From Cyanophora paradoxa CCMP329 (Eukaryota; Plantae; Glaucophyta): 64,000 bases of DNA. Below are positions 8,360-26,841 of this stretch, in pieces. Positions within the stretch are counted from its first letter, which is position 1, and each line of letters starts with the position of its first letter. The notes under the pieces were generated by a model that saw only the letters and a list, made by a program, of their open reading frames with translations, made no database searches and was not told the origin of the DNA. A program made the position numbers and the translations under genes. The stretch covers positions 1 through 64,000 of the forward strand of contig QPMI01000709.1 in assembly GCA_004431415.1 (NCBI GenBank). Direction: 5' to 3'.

Positions 8360-11300
8360 TGCGCTGAGCGGGATGCGCTAAGCAGTTGGCTAGGCCCAGA
8401 GGCGCCCCAAGCGGAGAGGGACAGGCCCGTACGGCACCGTAGGGCGGCGGCAAGCGGGTGCCATTACGTACACAGCAGGCGCAGAGCCAGCGTAAGACAG
8501 ATAGTAAGACAGAGAGAACAAGAGAACAAGGACGTCGACAGACAGCAAGCGAGCGCCGCGCAGGGCAAGCGAGGGCCCAGGGCTAAAATAAGCGGGCCAG
8601 TTGGCAACAACGTGGCACCAGGAATAGCAGGCTACAAAGGGTACAAGGCAAGGCAAGCTGCCGGCTTAGAGCCGACGACCAGGGCTAGCTGGGAGTCGGA
8701 AAGTGGGCGGCACACGCTTCCCGCTACAAAAAGCCGTCCTCGGCGCTACGAGCTAAAGGCTGAACTAAAGCTGCGTAGGCGAGGCTGAACGGACTACGAG
8801 CCAAAAGCCGGCTACCGTCCCTGCACAGAAAGCCGTCCTCGGCGCCACAGCGGGCGGGCCAGAGGGGCAAATTAAAATCCATCAGGCCGTCGGCACCAGT
8901 ATGAGGAACTGGGCCCAACAAGGGAAGTTGGGTGAGGGACCCACGACCTGACGCCAGAGCGCGCGGAGCGCCGCCAGCCAACCGGGGCAAACCCTCTAAA
9001 TCCCGCCGGAAGGGAAAACGAGTGCTAGCGCTAGCACTAAGCTCGAATTCGAAGCCGGCGCCGCGCCACACGAGCCGCCGGGCCGCGGCGGCGCCGGGTC
9101 GAAAGTTCCACAGTGTAGAAGGTACTTGACGTAGAGTGTAGTAGTGTAGGACCGCAGGCTCGATCAGCAGAGCCGCAGCGGCAGAGTACGCGTTGCGGGC
9201 CAAGCTCGGCGCAGCTTGCCGCATTGCGTTGCCAAGTGACTCGGCCGGCGGAGTCACAAGGCGGGGCGATCGGTCAGCACAGTAGAGTGTGCAGCCGCGT
9301 ACGCGTAGAGCAGGCAAGCCATGAAGAGTAGAGGCGGCGAGCCAGTCGTACGGGGTCAGGCTCCGCAGCAGCAGCAGGCCACTGGTTGCATCATACAGAC
9401 CCATCGCCAAGGATCCTCCACGATCGGACGGGATGGGATACAGCCATCGAGTCCGCCAGCGTACGCAGATGCAGCGCGTAGCCGGGGCTTAGGCAGGCCA
9501 CCATCGCGGGACAGGAGACAGCATCAGCGCGGCCCGGAATGATCATCGGTGCTCGCGTGATAGTCGTAGGCAAGACGTATGGACCTCTCAGCAGCGGAGA
9601 GTCGCAAGCGGAGGCTTGGTCGGAATCACCCGGACTAGAGCGCCGGTGCGTGCTGGCTTGGTCAGCGTGGAATCACCCACAGCTAAGCAGACCGAAACAG
9701 CGCTGGCGTCCAGCTGGCATCACCCAGCTGCCAGGTTCAACCGATGCACGGGAATCACCCGACGGGCCGACGCAGTCGACGCGCGAACGTGAAGACTGGT
9801 CGCGGGCATCACCCAGTGCTGCTTGCTGACGCTCCTCAACAGACAGGTCCGCTGTCCGCCGTCCAACTTTAGCTATGGCTGCTCACGTCGTCGTAGGACG
9901 TTCCAGAGCGCATCCTTTACGCTTCTGTTGACCTCCGCCCGCCGGACAGGCCTCGGTCAGACCTCCGCCCGCTGAACAGGCCTCGGTCGCTGATCAAACG
10001 CCCACGACAGGAAGAAAACGACAGTTCGCACACGCTTGAGATGTGCGTGAAGCGACTGACATCTGGCTTGACGAGCTGGACGTCCCGGAGAAGGGCAGCT
10101 ACGTCGTCGGAGCCAGGGCAAGGTCTTGGCATCTTGTCTGCCGACTAGGTGCGACAGTGCGCCCGGTAGGCTTGACAACAGATAGATGCGCTTCCTCGCA
10201 TAGAGATCGCTGTCAAGTGGAGCTGCGCCGGCTTCCACTGACGCGTACGCAACCCGCAGAGCCGAGAGAGACGCGGAGCCGCACGTCCTCTGGATGCAGG
10301 GTGGAGTCAAGTGGAGTGATCCTCACGAGGGATGCCACTCGCCGCCGCTGAGCGTGCCTCGGGAGGTCCGCAGGCGCCACTGCAGCCGTCGTAGGTGAGA
10401 CCTCGGGCGCGTACTGGGGCCTTGTTATCCCAGGGGCTTTCACGTCGCAGCGGTTTGACTCCATGCGTTCTTCAGATACACTCGCCACCATTGAGCGTGC
10501 CTCGGGCTAGCCGGAGGTGCCATCGCAGCCGTCGTAGGTGAGACCTCGGGCGCGTACTGGGCCATGTTATCCCAGGGCATTCACGTCTTGGCGGGCTGAC
10601 TCTGTACTTTCTGCAGAGAGAAAAGATTGATTGACCGGCGCTTCATAGCTGCCTTGCGAGCCTGGCATGTCACGAGCATGCGGGCAACTCGACAAAACAA
10701 GACGACGACGAAAAGAAGGTATGTTCATGAAGAATACTCATTCAGAGAGTTTTTATCATCATATGTCTCACAGTACGTGGACCAGAGAAGAAACGACATG
10801 CCACGACGACAAGAAGATCATCATTCGATCGGCGTCAACACGCCATTCGATCGTTATGACGACGTGTGTAGATGTAGAGGGTGTTGCTCCACATACAATA
10901 CATTTAGGAGTACGTTGTGGTGTCGTCCCCCGATACAATGCAATACAGTTTCATTTGACATGCGCGCGCGCGGGCTGCATCAGCATCTGTTCTTGAGCGC
11001 AGCCACGGCACGTTTAGATGACTGTGAGCGCATGCGGCTCAATAGACGGGTTGGCGGACGCTTCCCACTACAGAAAGAGTGGTGCGCCAGGTCCGTAAGC
11101 AAGAAAGGCGCAGTGGCGGGTGGAAAGGCATGAACCATGCGGTTCGTATTGCTAAGCTCTGCCGCATAGGCGCTTCCCACTACAAGAAAGTGGAGGCCGT
11201 ACGCGCAAGCCAAGGCAAACGATGGCGTGCTTGTCCAGGGGTTCGGGCAAGAGCGCAGCGTTCGTCCCCAGGCATACGAGCTAAAAAGTCGAAGCCCAAC

Positions 11301-11668
11301 GCAGCAGCCCCCATGCGCTGGGCGGGATGCGCTAAGCAGTTGGCTAGGCCCAGAGGCGCCCCAAGCGGAGAGGGACAGGCCCGTACGGCACCGTAGGGCG
11401 GCGGCAAGCGGGTGCCATTACGTACACAGCAGGCGCAGAGCCAGCGTAAGACAGATAGTAAGACAGAGAGAACAAGAGAACAAGGACGTCGACAGACAGC
11501 AAGCGAGCGCCGCGCAGGGCAAGCGAGGGCCCAGGGCTAAAATAAGCGGGCCAGTTGGCAACAACGTGGCACCAGGAATAGCAGGCTACAAAGGGTACAA
11601 GGCAAGGCAAGCTGCCGGCTTAGAGCCGACGACCAGGGCTAGCTGGGAGTCGGAAAGTGGGCGGCACA
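8360..11668 (-). mobile_element. Non-autonomous LTR retroelement (3.3 kb)
   Basis: 355-bp direct repeats 8360-8714 and 11314-11668, both TG...CA, one mismatch seen. TCTG is duplicated at 8356-8359 and 11669-11672. On the minus strand TGG (PBS-like) follows the 5' LTR and purine-rich AGCGGGAAGCG precedes the 3' LTR. No RT/integrase motifs seen inside. Confidence 0.88.
8724..9410 (-). CDS. Unknown 228-aa ORF inside the LTR element
   Basis: Longest internal ORF, in the element's sense orientation, ending just before the PPT-like tract; no family recognised. Confidence 0.35.
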   Translation of the reverse strand: MAMGLYDATSGLLLLRSLTPYDWLAASTLHGLPALRVRGCTLYCADRSPRLVTPPAESLGNAMRQAAPSLARNAYSAAAALLIEPAVLHYYTLRQVPSTLWNFRPGAAAARRLVWRGAGFEFELSASASTRFPFRRDLEGLPRLAGGAPRALASGRGSLTQLPLLGPVPHTGADGLMDFNLPLWPARCGAEDGFLCRDGSRLLARSPFSLAYAALVQPLARSAEDGFL

Positions 11669-11952
11669 TCTGGTACCCCTGGGATGGGACAGATACCCCG
11701 AGTACTCGTGGGACAGGGGCCTCAACCCCCCGCCCCCGGCCCTGCCAGCCCCGCCCGCCCCACCGATAAACGCCCCCGCCCCACGTGACGTCAGGCGAGA
11801 CATACGCGAATGGGAGGAGTGGAGCAACGACCCGAAGAACTGGCTACCCGGGGAGGCGGAGCTGCGCAAGCGCGCGAGGCTGATGCCCGGCGACAGGTAC
11901 CCCGACCGCGAGTAGGGGGTACAGGTATAAATTCTCAGCGAGCCGCGAGCAA

Positions 11953-12680
11953 ATGTCGTACACCTACGGTGATCAGGAAGCGTGGTTTAAGCTACACCGC
12001 CTCTTTCCTGATAAATTCGGGGATACGCGCCTCCCCCTCAATCTAAAAACACTCGTCAACCGACGGACCAGGGAGTTCAAAATCGAAGTGCTGCCGCCCC
12101 CTTCCAAGAAAGCCCGCTCAGCGGACAATGACGCTATGGCATGGGTGTACGGCTCTGTCAAGCCTCAGGTCGGCAATAAGCCAGCCACCGTCGAAATAGA
12201 AAGCTACTACAACGATTACGGGCCGCAGGGGGAGTACGGGACGCCCGAGCAGAGGGATTCGATGCGGGGGGTAGGCAAAATCGTGTTGCGGGCGGCTGTG
12301 AACGCACTGCAGCGCTCCGGACTCATTAGCTCGTCGGACCCGGGCGAGCACGCGGTGGAGCTCAGGGCCCTCCAAGCGCAGTGGAGTACTACGAAAGGGA
12401 ATTGAACCTGCGTAAGAGGGACGACTATCTCACCTACAAACCGTCCCTAACACCTATGGAGGGTACGGTGCAGAACATCATCGACAACACGTACAACGTG
12501 GCCGTTCGCTGGCGCAAAGCGGCAGCGGATCTCGTAAAGGGCAACTATAAGGACCTCGCAGACGAAGACAACCCCGTGGGGGAGTACATGGAACTGGCAA
12601 GCGGGAGCATCGTACCCCGCCGGAGGCCCCCATGGCCCCACCCCGACCTCGACTGGGGACCGTCGCACTTCGGCCAGTGA
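11953..12680 (+). pseudogene. GNAT-fold acetyltransferase-like gene with a 1-nt frameshift at ~12372
   Basis: QRDSMRGVGKIVLRAAVNAL resembles acetyl-CoA motif A. Adding one C in gccctcc^aagc fuses the two ORFs to HAVELRALPSAVEYYERELNL, which is motif B-like. Confidence 0.55.
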
Positions 12681-13326
12681 GGGGGTACAGCATTCAGTTA
12701 GAGCCTGAGCGTAGTCAGAGGCCGGGAGGCCCCCCGGGGGGTACGTCGGCTGTTACTCCCCGCGTCGGTTAGTGCTAGCCCCCCTGTTAGTGCAGCGTGT
12801 ACCTGATCGCAATATAACACCCAAACCTCCGTGACGCGTGACTCATCGAACCTCCGAGGGTTAACAATGCATTGACAGCGAAAGGGCAAGCTCGAGAGCT
12901 CGACCTTTGGCAAGAGCCCACGTATATATGTACATGTCCGAACACCTGCTCAAGTACCAGTGTACCCAGTTGAGTTGAAATCGCTTACTACAGCGAGTCC
13001 AGTCAAAAACGTGTAGTGTGAAACTCGAATGACTTGGTGATTCGTCAATTAAACCCAGCAACTCAGATTGGCCAATTCCGTTTGTCCACAGAACAGAACT
13101 ATACCGGTACCCAGCTAGCAAACGGGGGGGGTGCGGGGGGGGGGTCGGAGCCCCCCCTGCTTGTAAACCAACTTTGGCAAGAATCTCAGATGAGGCAGGG
13201 CCAGCCGCATGGCCTGCAGGCTGCAGCTGCTGGTGCCGGCAGCGTCGAGCTCGGCAGGGGGATGGCGCGGGCCTGCGGCCCCGGGATTTCGACGGGTACT
13301 GCCCCGGCCGGGGCGGGGGCGGGGGC

Positions 13327-20922
<7,596 letters not shown>

Positions 20923-21127
20923 TGTACTGCTGCTGCGACAAGCGGCGCTCGATGTCGATTTCGTACCCAGGAATGGAGGGGGTACACAACGATCGAAACG
21001 TCGCAGCGTCAAAACCTACGGGCACATCGACATAGACAATTCAACGCTACTGATGAGCAGAATGGGTCGCGCCCAGCCGCCCCAGCCTTCCTGAGCTCAA
21101 GAGTTTGAGCTGCGTGCGCGCTGAGCG

Positions 21128-23076
21128 ATGGACGGGCGCCTGTGGGAGTATGATGATCTCAAGAGGAGCTGGTCTGACAGGCCGGCGCACCTCCGGATCG
21201 ACGCGGAGCCGTTCGCCGAGGGTCAGGAGTTCCTCCTCACGGAGCGAGCCGACCCTGCAGCTGACGCAGTTGCGCCAGGCACTTTCCGGCGCTGCTACAA
21301 GGCTCAGCTAGCCGACGGCGCTTCGCGCCGCAAGTGCGCGCCGGCCCGCGGCCGGGGAGCGCTCATCGCCGGGGGGCCGACGGGCGCCGCGCAGCTGCGT
21401 GGCGAAGCGGTGGAAGGATGCGGGGACGCCGCTGGGGGAGATCAAGAAGGAGGCGGAGATGCAGTTCGTGGCGCAGCGGTACGCGGCGGTCTTCAACGAG
21501 GCGAGCGTCGCGAAGGTCGCCTTCGTCCCCGCCTCGGTCTTCCAGGCGCGCAGCGGCGCCGCCTACCTCCTCGAGGAGTTCCTGGACGGCACCTACGAGA
21601 AGGTCCCCGCCGCGCCCGGCCCGCCGCGCCGTGCCCCGCCTCCCAGCCGGCCGACGCGGGGCGGGCGCGGGCGCGCAGTACAACAACAACAACGGGGTGG
21701 TGCCGAAGGGCCCGGCGGCGTACGACCGGATGAGCGCGCAGGCGTTCAGCCACTTCACGCTGCACCACTCCCGCGGCCGCCTCCTCGTCTGCGACCTCCA
21801 GGGCGTCCCCGGGCGCTACACCGACCCCCAGATCCACGGGGCCGGCCCGGGCGCGCGCTTCGGGCCGGGGGACTGCGGGACGGCGGGCATCGTGGCCTTC
21901 CTGCGCTCGCACAAGTGCAACGGCTTCTGCGTCGACCTCGGCCTCCCCAACGGCGCCCTCCACCTCAACGACCTCCTGCGCCGCCTCCCCGCCCGCCCCG
22001 ACGCCCCACAAGGCCCCGCCGCCCCCGCCCCCGCCCCGCCCGGCCCCGCCCCGCCGCCTCGCCCCTCGCCCCCCGGCCCCCGCCGGCCGCCCCGCCGCCC
22101 CGGGGCCGCCCCGCGCTGGCGGGCCTCAAGCCGAAGCCGCTGCGGCCCGGGGCGCTGGAGGGGTACATCGCGGAGCAGGCGCTGCGGATGCCGGCGGACC
22201 GCGAGGGCCCTCGAGTGCCTGCGGGCGCCCCGGCTGGGGCTCGGGCTGGGGCGCCCCGCTGGGCGCCCCGCGCCGCCCTCCTCAAGGACAACTTCCTCCT
22301 CCTCCTCAAGGACCGCAGCGTCCGCCCGCCCCGCCCGCGCCGGCGCCGGCGCCCTCGCGGGCTTCTAACCCCGGCCGGCCTGCAGGGCGGGGCGCTGCGG
22401 GCGGTGGTGCCCCTCGAGCACGCCTCCGTCGAGTCCGACGGCGACCGGCGCGCCCCGCTCCGCCCCGCCCCGGCCCGGCCCGACCCTGCGGCGCTGAGGC
22501 GGGGGGCAGGACGCTCGTGGTGAGCCACCGGGGACACTTCCGCTACATCCTCCGCGCCCGCGACGCCCAGGCGCGCCCTGCTTTGCCCCCGCCCCGGCCC
22601 GCCCCGCACGGTGCGAGGGACTCGGGGGCGCAGGACGCGGCGCAGTGGGCCGACGCCATGCTCCGCGCCCGCTTCTCCTTCCTCCTCACCCGCGCCGTCC
22701 GCCCCGCACCCGCCCTCTGCGGCCGCGCGCCCGCCCACGCCCCGCCGCAGGGCGACGAGACGAGGGGGGAGGCCCCGCGACGCCCCCGCGGCCGCCGCGC
22801 AAGGGCGTGGGGTGGCGTGGGGCGCGGGACCGCCGCCGCCGCCTCGCCCTCCCCGGGAGGCCTTCGGGAGAACGAGACGAGGAAGAGGAAGAGGAGCTGG
22901 GGAGGGGCGGAGCTGGACCCGGCGGCCCTGCCGCGGCGGGCGCCGGCGCGGCGGCAGGGGCGGGGGCGGGGGCGGAGAAGCCGGCGGCTGCTGCGGCGGG
23001 GGCGGGGGCGGCGGAGCGGACGCACTCGACTGCCTCTGCCTCCACCGGCACCTCCGCCGAGGCCGTCCTCTCCTGA
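21128..23076 (+). CDS. Alpha-kinase (eEF2K/MHCK family) with C-terminal PH-like domain; 3' end uncertain
   Basis: PFAEG/TFRRCYKA, YLLEEFLDGTYEK/YNNNNG, AQAFSHFT, LLVCDLQGV, YTDPQIH, FGPGDCG and HKCNGFC; later YILRARDAQ/DAAQWADAM resembles a PH C-terminal helix. Confidence 0.85.
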
Positions 23077-23638
23077 CCGGCCCCGGGGCCGGGGCGGGCC
23101 CCCGCGGGGGAGCCCCACTCGAGCCCGGACGGAGGGGCCCCATTCTACCAACCCGCATGTATCATAGTATTCTCCCAATTTTGGCAATTAGCAAGCAGGT
23201 CAGACCTCGGGTTGGGGGGAGCGGGCGCCGGCGCGAGAATGAATGGGGGGACGTCGATATGGATGGGGGAGCCTCGGAGCGAGGGTTGACTCGGCGACCT
23301 CGCAAGGGGCCCCGGGCCCGGGGGCGGTGGGCGAGATCTCGCTTGTCTTGAATTCCTGTGCTAGCTACGGCCTACAGACACCACGCCGCGGCGCCGCCTC
23401 GACCTCTAGCCCCCACGGCCTAGCCCCACTCAGCCTGGCAGCCGAGAGCACCATGAGCACCCCGCCCATGACGGTCCGTTTCACTCGAGCGGCGAGGCAC
23501 GATCGCGAGCAGCGGGCGTCGACTGTGTACCCTTTCGGCTGGGACAGAGTGGGCGCAAGAGAGGACGGCGGACAGCCCCCGGCACGTCGTGGCGGGGGAG
23601 GGCGCGGCGCGCGCCCGGCCTCCGGTCCGTCTCGCGCT

Positions 23639-25146
23639 TTACCAGAAGTGCCACCAGTCGGAGCCCGGCTGCACGAACTTGTCCGTCTTCGGCGTCAGCC
23701 GGAACGACTGGATCATCTGTCGCCGGCCGCCGCCCCCGCCGCGTCACGGGCCGGCGTGGCGTGGCGTGGCGGGGGCGGCGGCGGGCCGCACCGCGCGCAT
23801 CCAGGGCTCGTTCTCGGGGAAGGCGCCCTCCGGGCACGAGATGTTCAGCGTGTACCAGTACCCGTCCCGCACCGTCGAGGTCGCGAGCGTCACGCGGCGG
23901 GTGATCACCTGCGGGGGTACGCGCCGCTCAGGGGGGCGGGGAGGGGGTAGCGGTCGGGGGGTAGAGAGAGCGGGCGGGCCTGTTTCTCGATGAGGCGGGG
24001 GTTGGGGCGGATGGACTGCTCGGCCGTGAACTTGTAGTCGACGTAGCCGTACCCGTCCGCCTGCCGCCGGGCCGGGCTCGCCGGGGCGGGCGCGGGGAGG
24101 GGCGCGGGGGCGCACGGTGCGGGGGGAGGCGTCGAGGAGCTCGAGGGTCTGCCCGAAGATGAACTTCGTGCGCTTCCCGTCCGGCATCGTCGTCCGGTCC
24201 GCCAGCACCTTCTCCGCCACCTGCGCGGGGGCGGGCGGGCGGGGCGGCCGGTCACGCGGGGGCGGCGGGGCGGGCGGCGAGGCGGGCGGCGGCCGGGCGC
24301 GCCTCGCGGGGGCCCCCGAAGTCCTCCACCCGCAGCGACTCGTTCGCGTTCGTCGGGTTCTGCCGGCGCGCCCGGGCGAGTCGGGCGGGGCGGGGACGGT
24401 GGGGAGGCGGGGCGGGCGACGCGCACGAGCACGACGGTGGCGACCTGCGGGCGCGGGGCGCGGGGCGATCGTCAGACGGCGCCCTCCCCTCGATCTTCGC
24501 GGGGGGGCTGGGGGGGCGCACCTCGCCCTGCGAGAAGTTGGTCACCTCGCACGTGATGCGCTCGTCCGCCTTCACCGTCAGCGGCGCCGCGCTGCTGTAG
24601 CGCTCGGGGCCCCTGCGCCACCGCTCGGCGGCCGCTCCCGCATCGCCCGGCGCCGCGGCGGATGGTCGCGGACCGGACGCGGACCCAGCCGCTCGGGTAC
24701 TGGAAGCTGCACGCGTTGTACACATCCTCAGCGGTCTGGTAAGCTGAGCAGGAAAGCGCGCGCTCGGTTAGTTCGGGAGAGCCGGGGCGCGCGCGTGCAC
24801 GCTTCGTCATTATGCGCTGGAGCCATGGGAGAGCGTCGGCCCGGGGCCTCGAGGGAAACAAACCAGTCACTACGGAAGCGCTCGCCGGCTGGACCGGGAG
24901 GCCCGCCGCCGCGAGCGCCGCCGCGGCCGCCGCGAGGAACTGCCGCCGCGACGCCGCCGGAGACGCGCTGGACGTCGACGCCTGCGCCTCCTCCTGCGCC
25001 GCCGCGACGAAGAACGAGCCTTTCGCGCCGGCCCGCTCCGCCCGGCGGGAGGCCTTGAGCGGGGCGACTGCGACGCGGTCGGCCGAGGCGAGCTGCGCCG
25101 GCCCGACGCGGCCCGACGCAAGAGGTGCGAGCGACACGAAGCTCAT
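23639..25146 (-). CDS. PsbP-domain thylakoid lumen protein (PPD5-like), multi-exon
   Basis: MSF- transit peptide, SRRQFLAAAAAALAA...ASA Tat signal, SFQYPSGW, EDFGGP, RDGYWYTLNISCPE and C-terminal SFRLTPKTDKFVQPGSDWWHFW. Confidence 0.8.
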
Positions 25147-25234
25147 GAGTTCCGGCTTCGTTCAGAACGGAACCGGCGATTCGCCTCTCGATCCCTCTAC
25201 CCCGCACTCGCTTGACGTACCCGGCGAACAGACG

Positions 25235-25885
25235 ATGCTCAGTCTGCGGGGCCTCGCGTGCCGCACTGCGCGGGTATGCGCAAGGCCACTGTCGAGCAGG
25301 TGCCTTCCCGATCCAGAGCATCCGCGAGGGCCGCTGACGCCGCTCCTCCGCCGCGCAGCGCTGCGGCATCGTCGTCGAGTCAGCTGTCTCCAGATGCCGT
25401 GAAGGAGATCGTGAATGAGACGTTTCGCAAAGCGCTGACGGCGAAGGCGCCTGACCTCGCATCGTCGTCCGAGAAGGTCGCCGCGGACCTCTCTTCTCAT
25501 CTCCCGGTCAAGTCGGCGGTGAGCCGCCACCGCCGGGGCCGCTCGGCCTCCGCGCAGCTAAGCGGCGGCGGGCCGTCGCGGGCAGCTCTTGGTGCGGTTG
25601 ATGGAGTCGCTGGACATCACAGTGCGCTCGACGGAGCTCGCACAGCTGCGGAGCCTCGATCAGATCGTCGAGCACGCGCAGCGCCTCGTCGAGCAGCGCC
25701 AGGTGCCCCCGCCCCCCCTCCCCGCCCGCCCGCCTCGCATCATGCCGCCGCGCGCGAAGGCGCCCATCCCGGAGCCGACGCCGCTGCCTCCCAACCTCGT
25801 GCACCTGCCCTCGAAGCAAGAGGCGAGGAGAGCGGCGCAGCGGGCGGCGACCTTCGCGAAGAAGGCGGCCGTCGCGCAGAAATAG
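25235..25885 (+). CDS. Small protein, possibly mitoribosomal mL50-like
   Basis: Arg-rich presequence-like start MLSLRGLACRTAR; LMESLDITVRSTELAQLRSLDQIV...LPPNLVHL resembles the mL50 C-terminal pattern. Confidence 0.4.
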
Positions 25886-26841
25886 GACCCGGCTTGTGTA
25901 GGCTAGCACGCTATTCAATCGCAGCTTGACGTACCGCATTCTGGCGCTCGCATGGGGCGGTCAACGCCCCCTGCACCCGTCCCCTCGCACTCTCAGCCTC
26001 GCAGCTCGGAGCTCCCAATGGCTGCTCGCTGCGTGGGCATTCATCTTGGACAATTCCGCAGGCACTACAGACCAGAGAACATCAACATCACCAAAGCCGG
26101 CCCGTGCACCTGCAGGCTTCATGCTGAGGGGCCGCCGAGCTGCTGGGGAGCTCGAGGGAGGGCCGCGGGCCGGGGAGCCAGATCCAGAGCCCGCCGGGCC
26201 GAAGCGCGCCCGAGGCGAGGGCGAGGACGTCGGCGAGGGAGGGGCCCCCTGCATCTGCTCCCCCCGGGCCCGGGCCCGGCCCCGGGGTGCACGTGGGCCC
26301 GGGCCCCGGCGCGGGGCCGGGCGGGGCGGGGCCGGCGGGCGGGGCGGGCCGCGGGCGGGGCGGGGACGCACCGGCAGAGAGCGCTAGCGACTCGAATCGG
26401 CCGAGGGCGGCGATCGCGAGGGCTGCTGCCAGTCCGCCTTCGAGGTCCGCGGCCGCCTTCGCCCTGAGCGCTTATATAGTTAGCTTCCGCAGAGCGATGA
26501 CGGGAGGCGACGACATCGGCGAGGGAGGGGCCCCCTGCGCCCCGCGCGGTGGGCCGCGGGCGCGGGCGCGCGCGGGCCGCCGGGCCCAGGCCCTGAGGCG
26601 CGCGGGCGGCCCCGGGCGGGCCGGGCGGGGCGGGGCGGGGCGGGGCGGGGCCGCGCGCGGGGCGGGGCGGGGGGCGCACCGGCGGAGAGCGACCGTCGGA
26701 CTCGAATCGGCCGATCGCCCGAGGTCCGCCGGCGCCTTCGCCCTGAGCGCTTATATAATTAGCTGGGCGCAGAGCGCGGTCGCATGTACGCGCCAGCACC
26801 AGCTGCAGCAAGGCGCACTGTCTGAGCGCTAGCTGCTGATC

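Larger units (their letters stand above)
7901..11915 (+). pseudogene. 233-aa virus-like hypothetical gene interrupted by an LTR element (pieces 7901-8359 and 11673-11915)
   Basis: Removing 8360-11672 joins ...DVEPIPAHL to VPLGWDRYPEYSWDRG...MPGDRYPDRE* in frame (153 + 80 codons). Confidence 0.8.

Noticed and set aside
7889-8788. 299-aa ORF (and 11227-11769) as intact genes sharing a domain
   Set aside because: The shared peptide is read-through of the LTR; the true gene is split by the insertion.
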